Shown: positions 41,560-54,831 of the stretch, in pieces
Numbering within the stretch: the stretch's first letter is position 1
Layout of the letters: each line of letters opens with the position of its first letter
DNA from: Eledone cirrhosa
Lineage: Eukaryota
Assembly: GCA_964016885.1 (NCBI GenBank)
Contig: OZ024743.1
Location: 232,314,001 to 232,378,000, forward strand
Direction: 5' to 3'
DNA length: 64,000 bases
Translations under genes and position numbers: made by a program
Notes under the pieces: generated by a model
What the model saw: the letters and a program-made list of their open reading frames with translations, nothing else
What the model was told of the DNA's origin: nothing
Databases searched by the model: none

Positions 41560-42258
41560 AGTTCCCGTCCTTAGGTGTCTGCAGGCGCCGAATAAATCGG
41601 CCCTTCAGTTTAATAGCTTGGTTCCACCATGAAGTATCTCGAGTGTCTCACTAAGACAGAGGTTGCAAATACCAGACCCGCCTCTGTCTGGGGGAACCTT
41701 TCTAACCACGGACTAGACCAGAGTACGGGGTATTTTCAAGTTTGAGCTTCCAGATCAATTCAGAAAGGGCCGTACATTTCCTCTTTTCTATTCTGTTAAA
41801 GGAATGGCGATGGTTATACCACCTATCTTTGAAGCTCGTGGCCGTGGATCCTATGCAGTGGTGCTCCGCGTTAGGGTTTGTGACCTTGCACCTGTAGACT
41901 ACGTTTTTCGTCATGCATTCATTACTAAGGGGGCATAGTGATGGGTCTCTGCAATTGCATGAATTCTTAAGTCCTAGCACATGTACCGATTGGTTACCAT
42001 CACTCGGGGTTAGCTGGGTAGCCGCCGCAATCAGCACATGGTCGTTGGGTTCCGGTGTGCTAGTTGGGCCTGTCCGGGGTCTGGTGCGTCCCGCGTGCTG
42101 GTTCCGTTGAGTGGGTCCGGGATTTACGGTGGTATTAGAGGCAGTGAGCCTATTCCTATTTATGCCGGCTATGTGCTAGGCTACGGAGCGTGTGGCTGAG
42201 TAGAAAAGCATCACCGTGTGCCTGTTGAATATTTTATGGTACTTGTTGGCCCTAGGGA

Positions 42259-42260
<2 letters not shown>
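41560..42260 (-). pseudogene. PLE endonuclease region (Hydra-like), degenerate, truncated at (TA)n
   Basis: KYHKIFNRHTV..; CNCRDPSLCPLSNECMTKNVVYRC..IGST..FKDRWYNHRHSF; CNLCLSE. Confidence 0.78.
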
Positions 42261-42293
<33 letters not shown>

Positions 42294-43021
42294 GGGATGG
42301 TCAACTCTATTGTCCAAGCATAAAGCATAAATTAGGGGTAGTATTGAGGCCTGTTGAAACTCATACTCTGCCACCACCACTAGGTTCGGTTGACTGCCAC
42401 TGGCAGGGCGAATAGCAGTAAACTTTAACCGTGTCATATTACCGGCCTGGATGGGGGTGGATTGATTTGGTTGAGGGTGGGAGGAACTTGCCTAGGCTAG
42501 TTTAGTTGAGTTTGGGTAGTGGATGGTCCCTTCAATTTTTGCGCCTGCGCAAAGCGGCGGAGGGGAATTGGGGCTCATATGGGAACGGACGCAGATAAAA
42601 GAACACACACCTTGTCACTTCCCTTGTCGTTTCACTTTGGATTGCTTCTGGAAGGTAACCTTATTATGTAAGAAGCTGTCTGATGATGTCATGGCACTGG
42701 GTATACGGAATCGTGTGGATGGCGTGCTGCGTTATTGCGAATGTGATGCACATGAATTAAAAAATAAAGCAAGAAGCCAGGACTATCCATCATCAGTGAT
42801 CTTCTGACCATCATAGGTATTTCTTCGCATTAAAGATCAGGCCAGCGCGAGCAATAACTAAAATAAGTTATTGGGATAAAAGGAATTGGGTGGAGAAAGA
42901 GAGACATGTAAACAAACAAGAATGGTGAGGCAACGTAAAGAGTGGAAAATGAGAAAACAAGTCAGTGATACATGTGAACATAAGATCTAGCGAATCATAT
43001 ATATATATATATATATATATA

Positions 43022-43078
<57 letters not shown>

Positions 43079-43316
43079 ACGGAGTTAAAAACTCACGTTA
43101 ATCCCCTATAATTTAATGAGCGCAAGGATAGATTCCGGGCTCTTTATAAGACAGTATAAAGAAAAATTCACAAAGAGGTATGGGTTCAATTATAGAGGAT
43201 AGAATACCACCAGAGTGAAAACCATATTGTCTACGAACAGAATGGAGAATACATATCAATTAAAAGAATAAATTAAAATGTACAGACCGTTCGTTAATAG
43301 TTATATCTCCTGGACA

Positions 43317-43381
43317 TCCTGTAACCATGTTTCGCCACTGTTAAAGTATAGAATCATACCGTTGACGCCTTATCAACAGGA
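43317..43381 (-). ncRNA. Hammerhead-like motif, UUGAUAA (U3-A8) core
   Basis: Minus strand: tcctg-TTGATAA-ggcgtcaac..ttaacagtggc-GAAA-catggt-TA-cagga. Confidence 0.45.
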
Positions 43382-43717
43382 GAATCGACAATCCGATCCA
43401 CACTCCTAAAAATATATCAGATAACTAGCAAAACATATCAGATAACTAGTATACGCATCTGGTGGAAAGAGAAAACATGCAGGCTATACAGTCCATGGTG
43501 GTGTGAATGGACCAAAAGATCGCTAAAAATAACAGCTGAGAACCATCCTACTTATGAAGTTCTACTTGTATATATAAATGTATAAAGAGCCAATATATAC
43601 CCTGGTGTATTTTTCTATATATAACATAATTTTCTCTGAATAACATATAAACAAAGAATTGTGTAGATAGATAGATTGCTAAATAGATAGATACATGCAT
43701 AGATAGATAGATATATA

Positions 43718-45500
43718 TTTTTTTTTATTAGCTACAGGGGCACAAAGAAGGGTACAAATACAAAGGGGGAAGTTTACAAACAATAAAAACGTGTAAAATA
43801 CTATCACAAATGCAATTTAAAAATTAATCGATTTTCCCCAATAGAAGGAGACATTACATATGGGTAACACATACCCCGAACAAATACGCAACCATCATCT
43901 CTAGGAGTACGAAGAGTGAGTACCCCTTTTCTCTCTTCTTCTTTTTCCTCAACCTACAGGTTGATATAGAGAGAAGGCCCATTAAATCGGGCCATTATGG
44001 CCACTTTCACCCACCTTTCATAAAACTTGCTGGGGTACAGCACCTCTCTCTCCATCCAGATTCTTCTTCCAAAGTGGTATTTGAAAAAAAGAATCAGTTG
44101 TTGGCCGGAGAGAAAGGTGTCTGACCTCAGCCCTTTTAACCTCGTCCACCATAAAACCTCTTTCGCCATAGCTATCACACAAAGGAAAACCACCTCTCCT
44201 TCGTTTTTGAAGGAGGATGGCGGTTTGATCATGACAATGGACTCGGTGGTCAACCGGATTAGTCCCACCTGCGACAATAATCGTTCTACATAGCCCTACA
44301 GGTCGGTAACGCCCGGGCAGTGTACGAATGCGTGCGTGACGGTTTCTTCGTCTCGCACGCATCTCGGACAGATATTTTTCGAAGGGTCTCTGCCCGGGCG
44401 CCCATATCTGTAGAGCTTGTCTCGAACTGGTAGAGCTCCTCGGTAGCACTGACAGGCCAGGGACTTTTGGAAGTTGTCCATCGGTCCCGGGCAGAAGGTC
44501 CTACTGAACAGACTGGCCAGTTCGTCTTCCTCTACGCCTAGAGTTTCTCCGAGCGCGTCCTCGCACTTGCTGCGGACCAACCCTCTATAGAATGACGAAG
44601 TGGAGTCTCCGCTGATCGCCGGGTCCGCCTGCCAGAGGGCTGTGAGCGCCTGAGCACATTCGATGTGCCAGTCGCCCATTTTCCTCGGTCTTTGCTTGAC
44701 CCAGGACTGCAGCTCGGTCAGCGGGACGAGTCGTGGGAAGGCTCGCCTCACGAACGGGGCCCACACCGGTTGTCCCGTGAGGAATACGTGGAGATGCCGC
44801 AGCTTGAGCGCGTGTTTGCGCATCGTTAGCTACGGTATCCCCAGCCCTCCGTTGGAAGGGTGTTGGCAGCAGATGGATAATCTCACCAAAGGAGCCCGCT
44901 TCTTCCAAAGAAATTGGAAGAGCGCCCGCTCCATTTTGGTGAGCGTTTTGGCTAGACAAGGCAAGACGGTCAAGCGGTAGTAGATGGCAGACGTTATAAA
45001 GTTGTTCGCCACCTTCGTTCGACATTTCAAGAATAGTTTGCACTCGGCCCACTTCTGGGTGAGTGCAAACACCTTGGCCGTCACCTCGTTCCAGTTCTTC
45101 TCCATCTAGAGGTCCGGACCAAACCAGACCCCGAGCAGCTTCACTGATCCTTCCGTGCAGCGTCCGACGACGCCATCGGAAGAAATCGGTTTGCCTCTCC
45201 ACGATCCGAGTTGCAAACCGATGGACTTTTCCCGGTTCAGCTTCGCTCCTGTGAACCTTTCGTATTCCTTCAGTAGGGTACCGACTTCTTCGATTTGCGA
45301 GGTGCTCGACACCATTACTCTCACGTCATCGGCGTAGGCCGACGCCGCTTTCCGCAGTCACGGTTCCAGAGAGATGCCCTGCAATATCTCCAACTTTTGC
45401 AGTAGTGGCTCGAGAGTCAGTGCGTACAGAAGGGAGGAAAGAGGGCATACCTGTCGGATGGATCGCGTGATATGGAACGGCTCCGAGAGGTAGCCGTTCA
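43718..45500 (-). mobile_element. L1/Tx1-type LINE copy A, 5'-truncated and degenerate
   Basis: RT C-terminal half and zf-RVT (CPRC..EETVTHAFVHC); AATAAA plus A-tail; GATA-rich tracts on both sides. Confidence 0.88.
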
Positions 45501-45511
45501 TAGATAGATAA

Positions 45512-45543
<32 letters not shown>

Positions 45544-47070
45544 ATTTGTTTATTAGCCACAAGGGCACAAAAGAAGGGGACAAATACAAATGGGGAGTTT
45601 ACATACAGGTATATGAAAATAAAACTATTAATAAAATAACAAATAACAATTGATATCCCCAATAGGGGGAGGCGTTACACAGGGGTTGTACACACCACGA
45701 AAAAATGTACAACCCTCATCTCCAGGAGCACCAAGAGTGAGTACTCCCTTCCTCTCTTCCTCTTTTTCCTCAACTTACAGGCTTATATAGAGAGAAGGCC
45801 CAATCACTCGGGCCATCTTTGCCACATCCACCCACCTTTTATAAAATTTGCTGGGGTACAGCACCTCTCTCTCTATCCTGATTCTTCTTCCAAAATGATA
45901 TTTGAAAAAAACGAATCAGTTGCTCGCCGGAGAGAAAGGTGTCTGACCTCAGCCCTTTTAACCTCGTCCACCATATAACCTCTTTAACCATAGCCATAAC
46001 ACATATGAAAACCCCCTCTCCCTCGCTTTTGAAGGAGGGTGGCGGTTTAATCATGACAATGGACTCGGTGGTCAACTGGATTGGTCCCACCCGCAACAAT
46101 AGTCGTTCTACATAGCCCCACAGGTCAGTAACGCCCGGGCAGTGTACAAATGCGTGCGCGACGGTTTCCTCGTTGCGCACGCATCTCGGACAGATGTTTT
46201 TCGAAGGGTCCCTACCCGGGCGCCCGTGTCTGTAGAGCTTGTCTCGAACAGGTAGAGCTCCTCGGTAGCACTGCCAGGCCAGGGACTTTTGGAAGTTGTC
46301 CATTGGTCCCGGGCGGAAGGTCCTACCGAACAGGCTGGCCAGTTCGTCCTCGTCGACGCCTAGAGTTTCTCCGAGCTTGTCGTCGCACTTGCTGCGGACC
46401 AACCCTCTATAGAATGTCGAAGTGGAGTCTCCACTTATCGCCGGCTCCGTTTGCCAGAGGACTGTGTGCGCCTGAGCACAATCGATGTGCCATTCGCCCA
46501 TTTTCCTCGGTCTTTGCTTGACCCAGGACTGCAGCTCGGTCAGCGAGACGAGTCATGGCAAGGCTCGCCTCACGAACGGGGCCCACACCGGTTGTCTGGT
46601 GAGGAATACGTGGAGGTTCCACAACCTGAGCGCGTGTTTGCGCATCGTCAGCCACGGTATCCTCAGCCCTCCGTTTGAAGGGTGTTGGCGCAGATGGATC
46701 TTCTCACCAAAGGAGCCCGTTTCTTCCAAAGGATTGGAAGAGAGCGCGCTCCATTTTGGTGAGCGTTTTGGCTGGACAAGGCACGACGGTGGTGAAGCGG
46801 TAGTAGATGACGGACGCTATAAAAGTGTTCGCCATCTCCGCTCGACCTTTCAAGGATAGTTTGCACTCGGCCCACTTCTGGGTGAGCGCAAACACTTTTG
46901 CCGTCACCTCGTTCCAGTTCTTCTCCACCTGGAGGTCCGGACCAAACCAGACCCCGAGCAGCTTTACCGGTCCTTCCGTCCAGCGTCCGACGACGCCATC
47001 GGAAGGCATCGGTTTGCCTCTCCACGTTCCGAGTTGCAAACCCACGGATTTGTCCCGGTTCAGCTTCGCT

Positions 47071-48744
47071 GAACAAACCAAAACAACACAACCAGCGGCA
47101 CCAGCAACAAAAATAACAACAATGCTATGAACGAAAACACAACTTCACAAATGAATTCCGCAACGACAGATCAAGCAATTGAGAACTACAAAAACAACAA
47201 CAACAACGACAACAATGACAACAACAACAATAGCAACAATGATGACAACAACAACAACAGCAGCAAAAATAATGACAACAACTCCACAAACAAGGAAAAA
47301 AATGTTTGCACAAACTGTCCAAAAGACAGAACTATATACACAGATTGACATCTCTAATGCCGGAGAATCGCTAAGAGATGCCAAGCAATATAACTTCTCC
47401 CCAAGAATTGCGTAGAGGCACTGTCTTGAAAACCATAGTTTTTAGGACAATCTCAAATACCACCAGAAAACCAGCTCAATTAACTCAAAACGAAAATGAG
47501 CTGATTCTAAGAAACTCCATGAAGGACATTACCTTCATACAGAAGGGAAAACTCTTCGGGAGTTTATCAATAATAATGAAAGACCAATTGACGGCACAGA
47601 AATATTCTGTGTCCCCCATCTACACCTTTTCCCCCACATATATGGGAAAGGGACCCAAAAAATAAAAGTAACAAATATCACACCAAATGTAAACATCTGG
47701 TGGATATTAGCTGGTTTCATCAATGTTGATGAAGATACAGTAATTTCGGTAGGAAAGTCCTCCAGGGGCATATTCAACGGTACAAGCTTAGAAGTTCTGG
47801 TCCAAATGAGACCAGAACGGATAGCTAGAATACCACGACGAGTGCCTCTGGATGGAAATTCCTACATAAACATTTTTGTTGAGGGTAGGCGGCCTTCATG
47901 TTACCACTATTTAAGCAGTGGTCACCTGAGGGCTTCCTGTCCACAATTAACTGCATTAAAAAAAGGCACTTCTGCCGACATCCAACACAACAACACAACC
48001 ACCACAACAACAACACACAAAAACAAATAAAACTTCAAACACAGTCCCACCCAACAGCTCTCCACCTAAAACAACTCCAGAAACACCCACACACATAACA
48101 GCTCCCCAAAATGTACCCCTTCCCAACAACACGGATGAGGCCTCATCATCGTCACCCAGTGACGATGAGGGAGAGCTTTTCCGACCAGTAAAAAGAAAAA
48201 AGAAAAGACATACAACAAACAAAATGCAACAAACACACATACACCAATACAACCGACGCAAACAGCACAAACAAAAACACCCCCTCCTGAAAACAAAACA
48301 CCTACTACAAAACGTAAACACACACAAGAACCACAGAAAAAAACCAACACAACACAACAAAAATGTTACACCTACATAAATACTAACAATAAAACTTTAA
48401 CAGACACAATATATAAAAATCCTTCGGTGGAGACCGAAGGGAAAACTTTTACACACTCTTCGGAGAATCCTAATCTTAAAATGATTAGGATCTCCATGGA
48501 CACACATAAATAGTTAAAAGAAAAATTTCCTAACGACGTAGGTAACCCCTGCGTCAAACCCTATAACCGCGTCCTTTTGAAACGTTTCCCCTCCCCAACC
48601 CCAGACACCCTCACCCCACCTGACACCCCCTCCCCAACAAACATCTCCGTCCACACCCCGCCAGAGACCACCACCCCACCAAACAACCCCTCCAACACCA
48701 CCATGGAAATTGTGCAGCCTGGTCCCCAGGAGATGAAGAGTTGA
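47071..48744 (+). pseudogene. LINE ORF1 (gag-like) remnant with zinc knuckle
   Basis: IFVEGRRPSCYHYLSSGHLRASCP (CX2[C>Y]X4HX4C); directly upstream of the ORF2 ATG. Confidence 0.7.
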
Positions 48745-48784
48745 GTGATTTTTTTCCCTCTTCTTTTAACTTTTCAGCACCAAC

Positions 48785-49772
48785 ATGGCCAATATAAGAG
48801 TTGGATGTGTGAATGTACGCGGCCTGGGGATGCTCTGGAAACAGGGCAAACTCTTAAACGACCTCAGGTCGCACAGTATGGATGTAGTAGCCATTTGCCA
48901 GTCCAGAATCCACAGCAACCGACAACTGGCCCCCATCTTCAACCACTTTGAGATCTACGCATCTCTCTGTCAGCCGGTAGGTGGGGGTGGGGTTGTCGTT
49001 TTGCTGCGGAAACACCTGGACCTCGTAACAGACGTTACATCTGGACCCGGAGGGTCGACTGGTGGTCCTAGACGTTGACGGTAGTGAAGGTGGCGCCTTC
49101 AGGCTGGTGGCCGCATATGCCCCATCCGGGACACCGCGGCCAGACTTCTTCAAACGTCTAGAGACTATTCTGGGAACCTCCCGCTCCCTGCTGTTAGTGG
49201 GGGACTGGAATGGAATCCTAGATGCACGTTGGGAAAATGTGGGAGCATGTCCCGATAGAGGGGTGTGTGACAACCTCAGAGACTTAAACGGCCGATTTGG
49301 CCTAGCCGAAAGATGTCGACTAGATTTTCCGATTTTGCCACTGTGGAGGTGGACTAATCGCAGCGGAACATCTAGATCGTACCTAGATAGGGTTCTAGTT
49401 AGAAAGAAGGATAGGGACATGTTAAGCTGTCCACAAATGTTCATGGTTGCCTATTCAGATCACAAATTAGTGACCTGCTTAGTCAACCTTGACAAAACCC
49501 ATAGACGAGGACCCGGCTACTGGAAGCTGAACTTGTCGTTACCGACATGCAAAGCCTGCAGTAGGCGGATTAGCACTTTAGTTAAGCAGCACTTGACGCG
49601 GCCAATTGTCAACAACAGATGGTGGTACTCTCTCAAGAGTGCAGTTAGATTAGACTCGATAGATTTTAGTAAAGAATTCGTGTTAGATAGAAATAAGACC
49701 GAAAAGGAACTGGTAGATAAAGTAGAAGAGGCACTTAGGAGTGGCAACGTAGCCGGCGGGCTAGCGACGTGA
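48785..49772 (+). pseudogene. LINE ORF2 N-terminal APE endonuclease, frameshifted
   Basis: NVRGL; AAYAP; VGDWN; SYLDRV; SDH; GPGYWKLN. Confidence 0.88.
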
Positions 49773-50196
49773 TAGTAATGGTGTCGAGCACCTCGCAAAT
49801 CGGGGAGACGGCACCTTACTGGAGGAATACGTCAGGTTGTCGGTCAGCAGGTGGAGAAAATCCTTTCTCTGGCTGACATTTGTCTTTGACATCTGCTACA
49901 ATGACAGTGGCAGGGGGAAGCTGTAAGCATATCTTCCCCTTTCCTCTTTCGAAAGTTGGTGAAGAAGCTTCAGGCATTTTTTTTTAAATGTTAGCTTTTC
50001 AAAAAAAACTTTTTGTGAACTATTTCGCCTAAAGGCGTAGAATATTTTGAGAGACTGACCAGATCAAAATTTGACCTGGCAGTCCCTCTACAAATTGGTA
50101 TAAAAATAAAGGTTTACAGTTAGGAATTTCTATAGAAATTTAGGCAGAACTTACCCAGCAAGTTTCACGCGTGTGTCCATCCCAGATAGATAGATA

Positions 50197-51240
50197 AGTT
50201 TCTTTTATTTGCCACTAGGGCATCAAAAGTGGGACAAGTACAAAGGGGGGAGTTTACACAAAAAGGCGTCCTCAATAAGGAGGAGGCAATAACAAAATAT
50301 AAAAATAAAATAAGATATAACAAAAAATAAAATTTTTAACAAAATCCTCAATAGAGAGGAGGCGCCTTGGGGGGTCGCACACACCCCCGAAAAAAGTGTG
50401 CAACCCTTTTCCTCAGGAGCACAGAGAGGGGGTGCTCCCTCGTTCCTTCCTCTTTTCCACCTACAGGCTTATGTAAAGAGAAGGCCCATTCACACGGGCC
50501 ATTCTCGCCACTTTCACCCACCTTTCATAAAAACGACTGGGGTGCAGCACCTCTCTCTCCATCCTGATCCTTCTTCCGAAATGATATCGGAAGAAACGGA
50601 CCAGTTGTTGGCCAGAGAGAAAGGTGCCTGACCTCAGTCCTTTCAGACGCGTCCACCATACAACCTCTTTCGCCATGGCTATTACGCACAGAAACACCGC
50701 CTCTGCTTCATCTTTGAAGGGGGTAGGCGGCTTGATCATTACAATAGACTCGGTGGTCAACCGGATCGGTCCCACCCTTGACAGCAGTTGTTCGACATAG
50801 CCCCACAGATCGGCTACGCCCGAGCAGTGTACCAATGCGTGTGCAACGGTTTCCTCGTCGCACACGCATCTGGGACAGATCTTTTTGGCGGGGTCCCTAC
50901 CCGGGCGCCCGTGTCTGTAGAGCCTTTCTCGAACGGGTAAAGCCCCTCGGTAGCACTGCCAGGCCAGGGACTTCTGGAAGTTGTCCATAGGTCCCGGGCT
51001 GAATGTCCTACCGAACAGGCTGGCCAGTTCGTCCTCCTCCATGTCTAGGGCTTCTCCGAGGGCGTCGTCGCACCTGCTGCGTACCAGCCCTCTATAGAAT
51101 GTTGCGGTGGAGTCTCCACTGATAACCGGATCCGCCTGCCAGAGGGCGGTGAGCGCCTGGGCACACTCAGTGTGCCAGGCGCCCAGTTTTCTCGGTCTTT
51201 GCTTGACCCAGGATTGCAGCTCGGTGAGTGAGACGAGTCC
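50197..51240 (-). mobile_element. L1/Tx1-type LINE copy C, 5'-truncated
   Basis: ORF2 C-terminus open (50461-51240); GATA repeats on both sides. Confidence 0.88.
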
Positions 51241-51308
<68 letters not shown>

Positions 51309-51319
51309 GGATAGGCAGC

Positions 51320-51371
<52 letters not shown>

Positions 51372-51372
<1 letters not shown>

Positions 51373-53416
51373 TTCTTTATTTACCATAAAGGCATAAAAA
51401 GAAGGGACAAATACAAAGGGGGAGTTTACATATAATCGAGTAAAAAGGGTGTAACATGAAAATAATCGAAAATAACCTCAAAAGGGAGGGGACGTGATGG
51501 GGGTTGCACACACCCCCGAAAAAGTGTGCAATCCTTTGCCCGGGGAGCACATGGAGAAGGTGCTCCCCTCTCCTTTACTTCTTTACCTACAGGATGGTAT
51601 ACAGAGAAGGCCCATTTACACGAGCCATTCTCGCCACTATCACCCACCTTTCATAAAACTGCCTGTGGCCAAGCACCTCTCTCTCCATTCTTATCCTTCT
51701 TCCGAAGTGATATCGGAAGAAGTAGACCAGACTATGGCCAGAGAGGAAGTTGCCTGACCTCAGACCTTTCAATCGTGTCCACCAAACAACCTCTTTCAAC
51801 ATGGCTATTACGCACAGAAAAACCGCCTTTGCTTCCTTTGTGAAGAGGGGAGGCGGTTTGATTGTCATCACGGACTCGGCGGTCAATTTAATCGGCGCCA
51901 CCCGCGACAGCAGTTGTTCGGCGTAGCCCCACAGATCAGCCACGCCCGGACATTGCACCAATGCGTGCGCCACGGTTTCTTCGTGACGCACGCATCTAGG
52001 GCAAATCTTTTTTGAGGGATCCCTGCCCGGGCGCCCGTGTCTGTAGAGCCTCTCTCGAACGGGTAGAGCCCCTCGGTAGCACTGCCAGGCCAGTGACTTC
52101 TGGAAGTTGTCCATTGGTCCTGGGCCGAAAGTCCTACCGAACAGGCTGGCCAGTTCGTCTTCTTCCATGTCCAGCGACTCTCCAAGGGTGTCATCGCCCC
52201 TGCTAGCCACCAGCCCTCTATAGAATGATGAGGTGGATTCTCCACCGATGGCCCGGCCCGCTTGCCAGAGAGCCCTGAGCGCCTGAGCACACTCAGTGTG
52301 CCAGTCTCCCAGTTTTCCGGATCTTTGTTTGACCCAGGACTGTAGCTCGGTGAGTGAGACGAGTCTCGGAAAGGCTCGTTTCACGAACGGGGCCCACACC
52401 GGTTGACCAGTGAGGAATACCTGTAGGTGCCGTAGCCTTAATGCGTGCCTACGCATCATCAACCACGGCATCCCCAGCCCTCCTTTCGAAGGTTGTTGGC
52501 AGCAGATGGATCTTCTCACCATAGGAGGACGCTTCTTCCAAAGAAATTGGAAGAGCATGCGTTCCATGGTGGTGAGTGTTTCCTTAGGGCAAGGCACGAC
52601 AGTCAGGCGGTAGTAAGTGACGGACGCTATGTAAATGTTCGCCACCTCCGCCCGGCCTTTTAGGGACAGCTTACACTTGGCCCATTTCTGGGTTAGTGCA
52701 AACACCTTGTTCGTAACCTCGTTCCAGTTCTTTTCCACCTGGAGGTCCGGTCCAAACCAGACCCCAAGCAACTTTACCGGGCCCTCCGTCCAGTGTCCGA
52801 CGACACCGTCAGGAGGCATCGGTTTGCCTCTCCACGTTCCGAGTTGCAGCCCGATGGATTTTTCCCGGTTCAGTTTCGCTCCTGACAACCTTTCGTACTC
52901 CTCCAGTAAGGTACCGATCGCCTCGATCTCCGAGTCGGTTGATACCATTACTGTTACGTCATCGGCGTAGGCCGACACCGCTTTGCTCAATCCTGGTTCC
53001 AGGGGGATACCCTGCAACAACTCCAACTTCCTCAGTAAAGGCTCGAGAGTCAATACGTACAGAAGGGAGGAGAGAGGGCACCCCTGTCGAATGGATCGTG
53101 TGATTTCGAACGGCTTCGAAAGGTAGCCGTTCACCTTGATCCTAGAACAGATGTGGTTGCTATGTAGGGCAGTGATCCAGCCTCTGAAAACAGGACCGAA
53201 CCCAGCCGCCGCTAGCACCGCATCCAGGTAACCATGGTCGACCCTATCGAAGGCCTTAGACTGATCCAAGTTGATCAGGGCCCCACCGAAGCCGGGTTTG
53301 TTGCCAACCCTCTCTATGATGTATCGCATGAGGTGGAGGTTATCGTGAATGGACCTGGATGGGATAGCACATGTCTGCGCATCTCCCACCAGGCCACCCA
53401 CGACAAGCGCCAACCA
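51372..53416 (-). mobile_element. L1/Tx1-type LINE copy D, 5'-truncated
   Basis: (GATA)n at 51241-51371 and 53418-53448; 3' UTR similar to copies A-C. Confidence 0.92.
51587..53413 (-). CDS. Uninterrupted 608-aa partial ORF2: reverse transcriptase plus C-terminal zf-RVT
   Basis: RSIHDN; LDQSKAFDRVDH; IRQGCPLS; YADDV; KLLGV; LSLKGR; GGLG; CPRC..ETVAHALVQC. Confidence 0.9.
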   Translation of the reverse strand: MALVVGGLVGDAQTCAIPSRSIHDNLHLMRYIIERVGNKPGFGGALINLDQSKAFDRVDHGYLDAVLAAAGFGPVFRGWITALHSNHICSRIKVNGYLSKPFEITRSIRQGCPLSSLLYVLTLEPLLRKLELLQGIPLEPGLSKAVSAYADDVTVMVSTDSEIEAIGTLLEEYERLSGAKLNREKSIGLQLGTWRGKPMPPDGVVGHWTEGPVKLLGVWFGPDLQVEKNWNEVTNKVFALTQKWAKCKLSLKGRAEVANIYIASVTYYRLTVVPCPKETLTTMERMLFQFLWKKRPPMVRRSICCQQPSKGGLGMPWLMMRRHALRLRHLQVFLTGQPVWAPFVKRAFPRLVSLTELQSWVKQRSGKLGDWHTECAQALRALWQAGRAIGGESTSSFYRGLVASRGDDTLGESLDMEEDELASLFGRTFGPGPMDNFQKSLAWQCYRGALPVRERLYRHGRPGRDPSKKICPRCVRHEETVAHALVQCPGVADLWGYAEQLLSRVAPIKLTAESVMTIKPPPLFTKEAKAVFLCVIAMLKEVVWWTRLKGLRSGNFLSGHSLVYFFRYHFGRRIRMEREVLGHRQFYERWVIVARMARVNGPSLYTIL

Positions 53417-53448
<32 letters not shown>

Positions 53449-53755
53449 GAACGGAGAGATAGAGTGGACTTTAAACGATGTGGAGGGCGGAGGAGTAGAT
53501 AGACTTAATGAGCGAGATATATTTTCCATAAATACAGATATATAGAATGATAGACAATATTACGGGTAGAGAGGAAAGTAAAAGGGGGAGGGGGAAGAGG
53601 AGGTGGGAGTACAGATGTCTTTTATTTTTAATTAGATTGTGATGAGGATAATGTAGAATATTTCAAGAATGAAGAATTCTACTATCAATTCCATTAAAAT
53701 TTAAAATGAAGATTTCAACCAATTATATTATACAGCCTATTTTCATGGTTTCTTT

Positions 53756-53815
<60 letters not shown>

Positions 53816-54766
53816 GTGTGTGTGTGTGTGTGTGTGTATACATATATATATTCTGACTTTCAACAATTTCCCGAAAACACTAGAATAAATCAGTAACATG
53901 TACCTTATATATACAGATATATGCATAGTGTATATATATATATATATGTTTGTGTGTGTGTGTGTGTATGTGTCTGTGTGTGTATGTGTGTGTATTTAGT
54001 CATATATATATATATATATATACGTATACATACGTTTAAAAAATTGTATATAAATTGTGAATATGTCAACACATAATTTTTCTTTTGCATTACTTTGGAT
54101 TATTTTCTATATATATTATTAAATATACATTTTGTGTATTTCCTTTGTTTTTCTTATTTTGCCTGGTGTAAAATCTTTTGCATGACATATATTGTCCATG
54201 AATCATTGTGAGTCATATTAAAAGAGAAATACCAACATTTCTTTAGTGGGTAGGCTAGGATGATGTGGAGGGTTAATTCTTGTTCTGTTCTTTTCTTTAC
54301 TCGCCTTTCCTTTTCTCTATTTCTAAACAAAAATTTCTAAGAGGAAAGTAAAATTTTAAAAGAAATTTGGACAGAGGAGGGAAAGAGCCGCAATATCATT
54401 AATCGAAACAATAATATAAAATATAAATACCCTACAAATATAAAGAATCAACCCAAAAGTGCAAAATGCTAACGAAATTTCTTTCTAATGTCTTTCAAAA
54501 GCTGACGGCTATCATTAAAGTTATTTGCATTCTACACTTCAAGACGAAGGTGTTTTTAAGGCTTTTCGCGATATGGTTTTCAGATGCACAGCTCCCTTTC
54601 CCTTTGATTGTTATTTTTGTTATTACTGTTGTTATTCTCCTTGTCATTGTCATCATTATTGTCATCACTGTTCTTATTATTGCTGCTGTTGTTGTTGTTG
54701 ATATTGTTGTCTTGTTGCTGGGAAGTCAACGTGGCTTTTATATTTAAATTTATTTTTACACACAAG

Positions 54767-54831
<65 letters not shown>

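Larger units (their letters stand above)
45545..49842 (-). mobile_element. L1/Tx1-type LINE copy B with inverted 5' segment
   Basis: 45545-47070 is the 3' part on the minus strand; 47071-49842 carries ORF1, APE and a short RT piece on the plus strand. Confidence 0.8.

Noticed and set aside
43718-53416. Tandem segmental duplication of a single LINE
   Set aside because: The copies are substantially diverged and have different 5' truncation points.
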